NCBI GenBank assembly: GCA_964482595.1
Contig: CAYZYM010000053.1
Location: 1-35,404, forward strand
DNA from: an uncultured bacterium
GTDB taxonomy: Bacteria; Fidelibacterota; Marinisomatia; Marinisomatales; Marinisomataceae
Reading direction: 5' to 3'
Length of the DNA stretch: 35,404 nucleotides
A program made the translations under genes and the position numbers. Under the pieces are notes generated by a model. The model had not been told where the DNA came from. It searched no databases and was given only the letters and a program-made list of their open reading frames with translations. Numbering within the stretch: the first letter of the stretch is position 1; each line of letters opens with the position of its first letter. Of this stretch, positions 24,871-33,467 are shown piece after piece.

Positions 24871-25161
24871 ATGATTAAACAGAATATAGTTGACAATGTT
24901 TCAGCAAATACTGGTTTGACTAAAGTAGAAGTAGAAGCTGTATTGAATGAATCATTTAGCCAGATTATTAATGCATTAAGCAGAAATGAAAGAATTGAAT
25001 TGAGAGGTTTTGGTACTTTTGCAGTAAAACATAGAATGCCAAAAAAAGCACGCAATCCTGCTACAGGAGACCCTGTTTATTTAGCAGAGCGTTATGTTCC
25101 AACTTTTAAACCTTCTCAATTAATGAAAAAATCTGTTAACGATAGCTTAATTGAATACTAA
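24871..25161 (+). CDS. HU/IHF-family DNA-binding protein (IHF-beta-like)
   Basis: 96 aa with RIELRGFGTFAVKHRMPKKARNPATGDPVYLAERYVPTFKPS, the IHF/HU arm motif. AAGGAAA lies upstream. Confidence 0.88.
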   Translation: MIKQNIVDNVSANTGLTKVEVEAVLNESFSQIINALSRNERIELRGFGTFAVKHRMPKKARNPATGDPVYLAERYVPTFKPSQLMKKSVNDSLIEY

Positions 25162-25176
25162 ATAGGGAGAACTTTA

Positions 25177-25272
25177 ATGCCTTGCGGTAAGAAAAGAAAA
25201 AAAAGAAAGATGAATACACATAAACGTAAAAAACGTTTACGTGCAGACAGACATAAGAAAAAAAATAGATAA
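25177..25272 (+). CDS. 31-aa highly basic peptide, AURKAIP1/COX24-domain-like (bS22-like, probably ribosome-associated)
   Basis: Too short for the supplied track. ATG 25177 is preceded by GGGAGA (25165-25170), 6 nt upstream. It translates to MPCGKKRKKRKMNTHKRKKRLRADRHKKKNR and stops at TAA 25270-25272. This closely matches the MPxGKK(R/K)KRxKMxTHKRKKRLRxxRHK pattern of small proteins annotated this way in FCB-group genomes. It fills the IHF-nadK gap exactly. Confidence 0.65.
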   Translation: MPCGKKRKKRKMNTHKRKKRLRADRHKKKNR

Positions 25273-25277
25273 GTAAT

Positions 25278-26150
25278 ATGAAACCGAAAAGTTTTGCTTT
25301 TTGGGCTAACGTTGGTAAAAAAGAGGTGCCAACATTAGTTTCTAGCGTTGCAGAGTGGGCAACTAATAATAATTTAGAGTTATTCTTACCTGATACTTTA
25401 GAGAATCTAGATTTTACCGCAAATAACTGTATCTTTTACAATTCAGAAGAGCTCCCGAATGTAGATTTTGTTTTATGCTTAGGAGGAGATGGAACTTTAC
25501 TCTCTGCTGTGCGTCTTTTTAGTAACCCAATGGTTCCAGTATTAGGTGTTCATATTGGAGGTTTAGGATTTCTTGCTCAAATTGTTCCAGAAGAATTAAT
25601 CGAAAAATTAGATTTAATTAAGAACGGTGATTTTACTATTGAAGACCGTTTAGTTCTCAATGCAGAAATTTCTCAAGAAGGAGAAAATAATACTTATTTT
25701 GCTATCAATGATTTTGTTGTTCAAAATAAAATAGCTTATCGAGTTACTTCACTTGATTTATACATAAATAACAAACATGTCAGTAATTATAAATCAGATG
25801 GTATCATTATAAGTACACCAACCGGTTCCACTGCATATTCTTTATCTTCAGGCGGACCAATTGTACAGCCAGATGTATTTTCTATCTTAATTACTCCAAT
25901 TTCTCCACATTCTTTAACATCAAGACCTTTAGTGTTGCCTTCTGATGTAGACATTGAATTTCGATTTAATGGTGATTCAGAAGAAGAATTGAAATTGATT
26001 TGCGATGGACAACATATTGAGCATTTTACACGTGATTCAGTTGTAAAGATCAATCAAGCAAAAAATCATTTAAAATTTATTACATTCAATGACTATGATT
26101 ACTACCAAACCTTAAAAACAAAAATGGTTTGGGGTAAACGAGGTTCATAA
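25278..26150 (+). CDS. nadK: NAD+ kinase
   Basis: 290 aa with GGDGTLL, NDFVV and STPTGSTAYSLSSGGPIV. Confidence 0.92.
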   Translation: MKPKSFAFWANVGKKEVPTLVSSVAEWATNNNLELFLPDTLENLDFTANNCIFYNSEELPNVDFVLCLGGDGTLLSAVRLFSNPMVPVLGVHIGGLGFLAQIVPEELIEKLDLIKNGDFTIEDRLVLNAEISQEGENNTYFAINDFVVQNKIAYRVTSLDLYINNKHVSNYKSDGIIISTPTGSTAYSLSSGGPIVQPDVFSILITPISPHSLTSRPLVLPSDVDIEFRFNGDSEEELKLICDGQHIEHFTRDSVVKINQAKNHLKFITFNDYDYYQTLKTKMVWGKRGS

Positions 26151-26164
26151 AAAAAGGAATTCAA

Positions 26165-27508
26165 ATGTCAAAAAAAATATCACAAGACCAAATTCAACAA
26201 TTAAGAGATAAATTTTCTTCTGATAATCATGTAAAAGTAGTTAGAAATGCAATGATTAAAACTAATTCTAATGAACTTTCAATGGATTGGGAAAAATATC
26301 GTAAAATAGATCATTCATTTTCGCATGTCGTTTCAGGAGAAATGCCAGCAACTAATCAAAAATCTAGTGGAAGATGCTGGGGTTTTGCTGGACTTAATCT
26401 TTTCAGAGTTTACTTAGGAAGAAAGCATAATTTGAAAGATTTTCAGTTCTCACAAAGTTATTTTATGTTTTGGGATAAGCTTGAAAAAGCTAATTATTTT
26501 TTAGAATCAATTTTATCTACTATTGAAGAAGATTTTGACAGCAGAATCGTCATGCACTTACTTCAAACTCCAACAGAAGATGGTGGACAATGGGATATGT
26601 GGGCAAATCTAATTAAAAAATATGGTGTAATCCCTCAAGCTGAAATGTCCGAATCTTTTTCTTCTAGCCAATCAGCTGAAATGAATAAAATGTTATCAAG
26701 AAAGCTTAGAGAAAATGCCCATGATCTTCGTAAAGAGTTTTCAAAGGGAACTTCAAATGAAGATTTAAATAAATTAAAACAAAAAATGATTGAAGAAATT
26801 TTCAGAATGTTATCAATGCATCTTGGTACTCCTCCAAGAAGTTTTAATTGGCAGGTAAGAGATAAAGATAAAAAGTTTAGTAGATATGAAAATTTAACTC
26901 CTCAATCTTTTTACAATGACCATGTTGGGCTTAACCTTGATGATTATGTTTGTTTAATTAATTGTCCAATGAGTAATAAAGAGTATAATAAAGTTTATAC
27001 TGTAGAACATTTAGGTAACGTGGTTGAAGGAAACCCTATCAGATATTTAAATGTTGAAAGCGACATTATGAAAGAAGCGAGCATAAAATCAATAAAAGAC
27101 GATAATCCTGTATGGTTTGGTTGCGATGTTGGTAAACATTTTCATAGAAATTTAGGAGTTATGGATACTGATTTATTTGATTATGAAATGTTTTATGGCA
27201 CTGATTTTAAAATGAATAAAGCAGAAAGATTAGAGTATGGTCAAAGTCAAATGACCCATGCTATGCTATTTACCGGTGTTGATTTAGATGAAAATGGAAA
27301 ATCAATTAAATGGAGAGTTGAAAATAGTTGGGGAGATAAAGGCGGCAATAAAGGATATCATATTATGTCAGATGATTGGTTTGATGAATACAATTATGAA
27401 GTAGTTGTCCATAAAGATTATTTATCAGATGAATTGAATGATATCTTTCAAAATGCTGAGGCTATACCTTTAAAACCTTGGGATCCTATGGGTGCTTTAG
27501 CAAAGTAA
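26165..27508 (+). CDS. pepC: Aminopeptidase C / bleomycin hydrolase-type cysteine peptidase (family C1B)
   Basis: 447 aa with QKSSGRCWGFAGLN (Cys nucleophile), THAMLFTGVD (His), ENSWG and a typical C-terminal tail. Confidence 0.88.
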   Translation: MSKKISQDQIQQLRDKFSSDNHVKVVRNAMIKTNSNELSMDWEKYRKIDHSFSHVVSGEMPATNQKSSGRCWGFAGLNLFRVYLGRKHNLKDFQFSQSYFMFWDKLEKANYFLESILSTIEEDFDSRIVMHLLQTPTEDGGQWDMWANLIKKYGVIPQAEMSESFSSSQSAEMNKMLSRKLRENAHDLRKEFSKGTSNEDLNKLKQKMIEEIFRMLSMHLGTPPRSFNWQVRDKDKKFSRYENLTPQSFYNDHVGLNLDDYVCLINCPMSNKEYNKVYTVEHLGNVVEGNPIRYLNVESDIMKEASIKSIKDDNPVWFGCDVGKHFHRNLGVMDTDLFDYEMFYGTDFKMNKAERLEYGQSQMTHAMLFTGVDLDENGKSIKWRVENSWGDKGGNKGYHIMSDDWFDEYNYEVVVHKDYLSDELNDIFQNAEAIPLKPWDPMGALAK

Positions 27509-27994
27509 ATGGATACTTTAAGCCATGCTCTTTGGGGAAGAGGTTTGTTTGGTTATAGGGGACATAAATGGCTAGCTGTTTTTTTTGGGGCTATGCCAGA
27601 CCTTTTTTCTTTTGGAATATTAATTATTGTTAGACTTTTTAGTGGAAATTATACTAGCGGAAATTATACTTATGAAGGTCCTCCAAATTTAGAAAGTATT
27701 CCAAGTTGGGTTTTTTTTAACTACGACTTATCTCACAGTTTTATAACTGCTTTTTTATGCATTGGAATAGTTTATTATTTTAATAAATCGCTAACATTTC
27801 CCATGTTAGCTTGGCCTTTTCATATTTTACTAGATTTCCCTTTCCACTCTAAGGAATATTTTCCCACTAAACTTTTATGGCCCTTAACGGATTTTTCTAT
27901 TGATGGAATTCCATGGTCAAATCCTGAAGTGTGGTTTCCTAATATGGCAGGAATTATAATTTTATTTATCTATAGAAATAAAAAATTCTTTTGA
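27509..27994 (+). CDS. Membrane-bound metal-dependent hydrolase-like protein (DUF457/YdjM-like)
   Basis: 161 aa with the N-terminal MDTLSHALWG motif typical of the family. It has several TM segments and His-rich segments (LSHSF, PFHILLDFPFHS). It starts immediately after the pepC stop. Confidence 0.5.
   Translation: MDTLSHALWGRGLFGYRGHKWLAVFFGAMPDLFSFGILIIVRLFSGNYTSGNYTYEGPPNLESIPSWVFFNYDLSHSFITAFLCIGIVYYFNKSLTFPMLAWPFHILLDFPFHSKEYFPTKLLWPLTDFSIDGIPWSNPEVWFPNMAGIIILFIYRNKKFF
27641..27670 (+). repeat. Perfect-frame 15-nt tandem duplication (2 units, 1 mismatch) encoding SGNYT-SGNYT
   Basis: agtggaaattatact (27641-27655) is followed by agcggaaattatact (27656-27670). The only difference is a synonymous Ser codon change. 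Confidence 0.9.
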
Positions 27995-28883
27995 AAAGAT
28001 TTGAAATAATATATCCGGCCATTTTTGGATTTTCTTTAAGTCGTCTTACTGAATAGTCATACCAATTATCTCCATAAGGAACATATATACGAACCTTATT
28101 ATCTTCTTTTAGAAGTTTTTCTAACATTTTTTTCATTGGAACTCCATGGAGGACTTGAAATTCATATTGTGTCTTTGGGATATTCTGATCCTTAATCCAT
28201 TCATACAAATTATTGATTATGTATTCATCGTGGCTTGCAATACCTATATAGGATCCTCTTTGTAAACCCATTTTTACTAGTTCAATATAATTTTCTCTTA
28301 TTTCTTGATAGTCATCATAAACAATATCTTTATTTTCTACATAAATGCCTTTACAAACTCTGCAATTAAAATTTTCGCTTGATAGGGTGTCCATATCATT
28401 TATTGAACGATGCATATATGCTTGAAGTACAATCCCTACATTTTCATAAACTTCTAATGCTTCTTTATAAAGTTTGATTGTTTCAGATGTATACGGTGAA
28501 TTTTCCATATCAAGTCTTAAAAAATTTTTATGTTGTTTCGCTTTTTCAGTTAATATCATAAGATTCTTTTTCACGATATCATATCCAAGATCTTGCCCTA
28601 TATGGGTTAACTTAATTGATAAATTTGCACTTAATGATCTAGAGGATATTTCGTCATACAATTTTGAATATCGCTCTGTAATTTCAGTAGCTTCTTTTTC
28701 TGTAGTAACATGCTCTCCTAAGATATCAATAGCAATATCATACCCTTTTTTATTTAAATTGGCTACTGTAGACAACATTTCATTATCAGTGATGCCTGCA
28801 ATATATGGAGATGCAAAAATTTTTATAAAACTTTTTGGGAAAAAAGGAATGATTTGAATTAGCAAATTATTTATTAACTTCAT
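27966..28883 (-). CDS. Proline dehydrogenase (monofunctional PutA-like)
   Basis: The PRODH barrel motifs appear in order: LSIKLTHIG, FLRLDMENS, VLQAYMHRS, RVCKGIY, GIASHDE, EFQVLHGV, RIYVPYG..WYDYSVRRLKENP. ATG 28883 (MKLINNL...) is preferred over the track's TTG 28892. Confidence 0.85.
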   Translation of the reverse strand: MKLINNLLIQIIPFFPKSFIKIFASPYIAGITDNEMLSTVANLNKKGYDIAIDILGEHVTTEKEATEITERYSKLYDEISSRSLSANLSIKLTHIGQDLGYDIVKKNLMILTEKAKQHKNFLRLDMENSPYTSETIKLYKEALEVYENVGIVLQAYMHRSINDMDTLSSENFNCRVCKGIYVENKDIVYDDYQEIRENYIELVKMGLQRGSYIGIASHDEYIINNLYEWIKDQNIPKTQYEFQVLHGVPMKKMLEKLLKEDNKVRIYVPYGDNWYDYSVRRLKENPKMAGYIISNLFKRIFYFYR

Positions 28884-28913
28884 ACCGAACAAATTTAATA
28901 AATAAAAAAAACA

Positions 28914-30122
28914 ATGAAAGTAGTATTAATTATAGGGGGAGCAGTATCAGGGTCTACTGCAGCTAAAAAATTGACCGAAAACGGTATCCGTTGTATCATC
29001 GTTGACCAAAATCGTCTTCCCTATGGAAAAATTGAAGATGGACTTCCACGATGGCATGACAAACAACGTAATAATGAATATTCCAAAATTGATGAGATTA
29101 TGAATCATGATCTTGTAGACTTTGTACCTTGTACTAAGATAGGACAAGATCTTTCTTTTGAAGATATATATAGCATGAACTGGAGCTGTATTTATTTTGC
29201 AAACGGTGCTTGGAACGATAGAAATTTTCCAATCGATGGTATTGAAAATTTTTCTAATTTTTATTATCAAAATCCTTTTGTGTATTGGTTTAATCACTAT
29301 CATGAAAACAATTATAATGGCCCAGAAGTAAACATAAAAGATAACGTTCTTGTGGTTGGTGGAGGACTTGCTTCAATTGATGTTTGTAAAATTACTCAAA
29401 TGGAATTGGTCAAACAAAAAATACAATCAGAAGTCAAAAATGTTGATGTTGTAAAAATGGAACATCAAGGAATTCCTAAATATTTAGAAGAGCATAATAT
29501 CAACTATGAAGATCTTGATATTAAAGGAACAACACTTATATATAGAAGAGACATTGAAAATATGCCACTGACAACAATAGCGCCTGATGCTAAACCTGAG
29601 TTAGCTGAAAAACGAAAACAAGCACGAAGAAAAATCTTGAATAATACTCAAGAGAAATTTTTATTTAATGTTCTAGAGTGTACTCAGCCGGTTGGCTTGG
29701 ATGTTATAGATAACAATCTAGAAGGATTAGAAGTTATAAAGAATGAGATTGTAGACAATAAGCCTACACAGGTTGAAAATTCAAACCAAATTTTAAAAGC
29801 TAATACCATTATTAGCTCTATTGGAAGTCTGCCAGAACCGATCGATGGCATTCCTATGAGCGGATCTACCTATGATATTATAGATGAAGATTCTGGTAAA
29901 TTTAACAGTCTTGATAAAGTGCATGGCATGGGAAATGCAATTACTGGCAAGGGAAATATTAAAGCTTCTCGTATTAGCGCTAAAACTGTTGGAGATTTAA
30001 CAATTGATTTGATTAAAGATATTGATTCTGATTCAGTAGATTCCATAAATAGTAAAGTTAAAGAATGGCAGGAACGTTCATCTTATAATGGAAATTATTT
30101 TGAATGGAAAATTGAAAAATAA
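28914..30122 (+). CDS. FAD/NAD(P)-binding oxidoreductase, GltD / adrenodoxin-reductase-like
   Basis: 402 aa with an N-terminal dinucleotide fold KVVLIIGGAVSGSTAAKKL...IIVDQ (G-G-A-V-S-G rather than strict GxGxxG). LPYGKIEDGLPRWH resembles the GGL.RYGIP.F segment of GltD. A second Rossmann motif is VLVVGGGLASIDVCK. Confidence 0.6.
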   Translation: MKVVLIIGGAVSGSTAAKKLTENGIRCIIVDQNRLPYGKIEDGLPRWHDKQRNNEYSKIDEIMNHDLVDFVPCTKIGQDLSFEDIYSMNWSCIYFANGAWNDRNFPIDGIENFSNFYYQNPFVYWFNHYHENNYNGPEVNIKDNVLVVGGGLASIDVCKITQMELVKQKIQSEVKNVDVVKMEHQGIPKYLEEHNINYEDLDIKGTTLIYRRDIENMPLTTIAPDAKPELAEKRKQARRKILNNTQEKFLFNVLECTQPVGLDVIDNNLEGLEVIKNEIVDNKPTQVENSNQILKANTIISSIGSLPEPIDGIPMSGSTYDIIDEDSGKFNSLDKVHGMGNAITGKGNIKASRISAKTVGDLTIDLIKDIDSDSVDSINSKVKEWQERSSYNGNYFEWKIEK

Positions 30123-30185
30123 TTTTTGTTAATTATATAGAACTCAATCATCTTTTTTATTATTTTCTCATCGTCAATTGATTTT

Positions 30186-30200
30186 TATAATAAACGAGGG
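30186..30200 (+). promoter_or_regulatory. Candidate -10 box and Shine-Dalgarno site upstream of nqrA
   Basis: TATAAT at 30186-30191 and GAGGG at 30196-30200, 11 nt before ATG 30212, within the 89-nt spacer. Motif matches only. Confidence 0.3.
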
Positions 30201-30211
30201 TAAACAAATTA

Positions 30212-31549
30212 ATGTTTCGGCTTAAAATCAAAAAGGGACATGATATAAATATAGCTGGAAGATCAGCTAAAGAATTTTTACCTACCCAAAATTGCAATTC
30301 TGTTTCCTTGTCTCCTCAAAGTTTTCGCTATATTAAACCAAAGCTCTTAGTAGCAGAAGGTGATACAGTCAATTTGGGAGATCCTATTTTTTATGATAAG
30401 CTTAATCCAGAGATTAAGTGGCCAGCTATTGCTTCTGGAAAGATATCTAAAATTATTTATGGTGAAAGAAGATCCATTCAAGAGATTGTTTTTGATATTG
30501 ATAAACAACAGGAACAATCTTTGCAAGATATTCCACCAAAAAATTTGTCATCAAAAGAAGATATAACTAATTATATGCTTGAAAAGAATATGTGGCCATT
30601 TATTAAACAACGACCATTTAATAAAGTTGCAAATCCATCTGATAAACCTAAATCATTAATTGTTAGTCTTGCAAATACAGCACCGTTAGCAATTAATCAT
30701 AATTTTACTTTATCGGAACAAAAAGAATATATTATTAGTGCTCTTACATATTTGAAACAATTAACTAATGGTAAATTATTTGTAGTGATTCGACCAGGCG
30801 AATTTGAATATTTGTCTGAACTTGACTATATAAACCTTGTTGAAATTGAAGGACCTCATCCTGCTGGAAATATTGGAGTTGTCATCAATCATCTTGAACC
30901 AATTAATAATAAAGATGTTGTTTGGACAGTGGAAGGTCATCATTTGCCAATTCTTGGTAAAATGTTTAGTAAAGGTGTTTTTGATCCATCTGTTGTTATT
31001 AATATAGCAGGCCCTGTTGTAAAAAAACCAGGTTATATAAAAACAAGATTAGGATCTCCTGTAGGTATTCATTGCAAAAACAATCTTCTTGAAAAAGAAG
31101 TTCGTATTATATCCGGTAATATTCTTACAGGAAATAAGATTGATATGGAAGGCTATTTAGGTTTCTATGATTCATCTATATCTATTATTGAGGAGTCATT
31201 TGATAGATCATTTATGGGTTGGCTACACCCTGGAGGATCATCAAGATATAGCGTGTTTAATTCTTATATTGGTAGCAATAAAGAACCATATAATTTTACT
31301 ACTTTACAAAATGGAAGCAATAGAGCTTTTGTTCCTGTTGATGCATGGGAAAAAGTTTTTCCAATGGATATTTATATTAACTCTCTTGCTAGAAGTATTG
31401 AAGCAAATGATATTGATGAAATGGAACAATTAGGCATTTATGAATGCGATGAAGAAGATGTAGCGCTTTGTTCATTTGTTTGCCCAAGCAAAACAGATGT
31501 TGGATCTATTGTTAGAAGAGGTTTGGATTTAATATACTTTGATGCATAA
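30212..31549 (+). CDS. nqrA: Na+-translocating NADH:quinone oxidoreductase subunit A
   Basis: 445 aa with the NqrA-type N-terminus (LKIKKGHDINIAG). First gene of a collinear nqrA-F cluster. Confidence 0.9.
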   Translation: MFRLKIKKGHDINIAGRSAKEFLPTQNCNSVSLSPQSFRYIKPKLLVAEGDTVNLGDPIFYDKLNPEIKWPAIASGKISKIIYGERRSIQEIVFDIDKQQEQSLQDIPPKNLSSKEDITNYMLEKNMWPFIKQRPFNKVANPSDKPKSLIVSLANTAPLAINHNFTLSEQKEYIISALTYLKQLTNGKLFVVIRPGEFEYLSELDYINLVEIEGPHPAGNIGVVINHLEPINNKDVVWTVEGHHLPILGKMFSKGVFDPSVVINIAGPVVKKPGYIKTRLGSPVGIHCKNNLLEKEVRIISGNILTGNKIDMEGYLGFYDSSISIIEESFDRSFMGWLHPGGSSRYSVFNSYIGSNKEPYNFTTLQNGSNRAFVPVDAWEKVFPMDIYINSLARSIEANDIDEMEQLGIYECDEEDVALCSFVCPSKTDVGSIVRRGLDLIYFDA

Positions 31550-32758
31550 ATGAATTTTTTAAAGAACATATTAAAACAATCAGGAAAATTATTTGAGGAA
31601 GGAAAGCCTTTATCATGGGCATATCCAGTATGGGAAGCAACTGATACTATCTTGTTTTCTACAGACAAACAAACAAGTTCAGGCCCTCATGTAAGGGATA
31701 ATATGGACATTAAAAGAGTTATGTTTTCTGTGGTAATTGCTCTAATTCCTTGTTACTTATTTGGAGCTTACAATATTGGTTATTTAAATGCTTTAGCAAC
31801 TGATGTTTCAAGATCTTTAATTGATAATTTTATTTTTGGAATGTCCTATGTATTACCAGTTCTAATTGTAACATTTGTTTCAGGTGCAATTTGCGAACTT
31901 TCTTTTGCAATTATTCGTAAACATGAAGTAAATGAAGGGTTTCTTGTTACGTGTGCATTAATTCCTTTAACGATGCCACCGGATGTTCCTTTGTGGCAAG
32001 TATTCATTGGGACTGCATTTGGTATTATCATTGGTAAAGAAATTTTTGGTGGAGTAGGCACTAATATTTTCAATCCAGCACTAACAGCTCGAGCTTTTAT
32101 GTATTTTGCTTTTCCTACTAAAATGTCTGGAGATAAGATATGGGCAGTAGGACCTGATGGTTATACTGGAGCAACTGCATTAGCCATACCAGCTAATCCT
32201 ACTGAAGCTGATATAGCAAATTTAAGTTCTAATGGACTAGATGTTACTGCTTCAAACCTGCTTAACCAATCAACACAATTTGATTTTTCTTTATGGAATA
32301 TGTTTTGGGGTTTAATACCTGGGTCAATAGGAGAAACAAATAAATTAATAATTCTAATTGGTGCAGCTTTTTTAATTTATATAGGAATTGCATCTTGGAG
32401 AACAATGTTGTCCTCAGTTATAGGTTTAGTATTGACTGCATCAATCTTTAATCTACTTTCTGGCTATTCTACTAATGCAATGTTGACAATTACACCATTA
32501 GAACATCTTTTAATTGGTAGTTTTTTGTTTGGTGTAGTGTTTATGGCTACTGAGCCAGTTACATCTGCTCATACAGAAAAAGGAAAATGGATATATGGTT
32601 TTATGATTGGAGTTTTAACTGTTCTGATTCGATCAATTAATCCAGCTTATCCGGAAGGTGTAATGCTTGCTATTCTAATTATGAATATGTTTGGTCCATT
32701 AATAGATTACTATGTTGTCAAATCTAATATAAATATGAGGATTTCTAGAAGTGCATAG
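31550..32758 (+). CDS. nqrB: Na+-translocating NADH:quinone oxidoreductase subunit B
   Basis: 402 aa, polytopic. It has the covalent-FMN threonine motif GYTGATALA and a GTNIFNPAL segment. Confidence 0.92.
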   Translation: MNFLKNILKQSGKLFEEGKPLSWAYPVWEATDTILFSTDKQTSSGPHVRDNMDIKRVMFSVVIALIPCYLFGAYNIGYLNALATDVSRSLIDNFIFGMSYVLPVLIVTFVSGAICELSFAIIRKHEVNEGFLVTCALIPLTMPPDVPLWQVFIGTAFGIIIGKEIFGGVGTNIFNPALTARAFMYFAFPTKMSGDKIWAVGPDGYTGATALAIPANPTEADIANLSSNGLDVTASNLLNQSTQFDFSLWNMFWGLIPGSIGETNKLIILIGAAFLIYIGIASWRTMLSSVIGLVLTASIFNLLSGYSTNAMLTITPLEHLLIGSFLFGVVFMATEPVTSAHTEKGKWIYGFMIGVLTVLIRSINPAYPEGVMLAILIMNMFGPLIDYYVVKSNINMRISRSA

Positions 32759-33467
32759 TAATCGCTATACATTAATTTTTGTTTTTATAGTAACTGTTGT
32801 TTTAGGAACTATACTTTCTTTTACTAAAGAAAACTTAAGAGAAGATCAAGAAAACAACCTTAAAGCTGATGTAAATAAAACCATTCTCCGTTCGCTTGGT
32901 TTTTCAGAAGAACAAGGAAGCTCTTGGTCGAATGAAGATGTTGAAAAGATATTTACTTCTAACGTTGTAGGGCTATGTGTTGATTCTCAGGGAAATATCA
33001 TTGATAATGTTGTATTAGAAGAAATTGATATTGAAAAGAATATTGAACAATTACCAGTTTATCTGAGGGTTGTTGATGGTGAATTTCAAGGAATTGCATT
33101 GCCAGTCGCAGGAAAGGGATTATGGTCTACAGTATTTGGCTATATCGCTTTGGAGCCAGATTTAAATACAGTTTTAGGTATTCAATTTTATAAACATGGA
33201 GAAACTCCTGGCTTAGGCGGTGAAGTTGAAAAGAAATGGTTTACAAATAATTTTATTGGTAAAAAGATTAGAAATAACAAAGATGAGATTATTGGAGTAG
33301 AAGTTCTCAAAGGCAAAGTAGATAATAGCAAGAAAGATTCTATACATCAAGTTGATGGAATTTCGGGAGCAACTGTTACTTCCAAAGGGGTTACTATATT
33401 TTTAAAGGATGATTTAAAAAGATATGAAGCATATTTAAATAAGGTTAAAGAAAATGGAATTATTTGA
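32751..33467 (+). CDS. nqrC: Na+-translocating NADH:quinone oxidoreductase subunit C
   Basis: 238 aa with a single N-terminal TM segment and the FMN attachment motif DGISGATVTSKG. GTG start, 8-nt overlap with nqrB. Confidence 0.92.
   Translation: MHSNRYTLIFVFIVTVVLGTILSFTKENLREDQENNLKADVNKTILRSLGFSEEQGSSWSNEDVEKIFTSNVVGLCVDSQGNIIDNVVLEEIDIEKNIEQLPVYLRVVDGEFQGIALPVAGKGLWSTVFGYIALEPDLNTVLGIQFYKHGETPGLGGEVEKKWFTNNFIGKKIRNNKDEIIGVEVLKGKVDNSKKDSIHQVDGISGATVTSKGVTIFLKDDLKRYEAYLNKVKENGII

Noticed and set aside
24813-26053. Minus-strand ORFs 24813-25055 and 25787-26053
   Set aside because: They are antisense to the IHF-like and nadK genes, which have strong family motifs. No independent signals support them.
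28474-29303. 127-aa plus-strand ORF (28474-28857) and 118-aa minus-strand ORF (28947-29303)
   Set aside because: They are antisense to the proline dehydrogenase and flavoprotein genes. Their hydrophobic, low-complexity translations have no motifs. This is the usual open reverse frame of real genes.
30360-32073. Alternative-frame and antisense ORFs inside nqrA/nqrB (30360-30566, 31167-31433, 31438-31668, 31846-32073)
   Set aside because: They are fully contained in well-supported nqr subunit genes. They are Leu/Ile-rich frame-shifted translations without start context.
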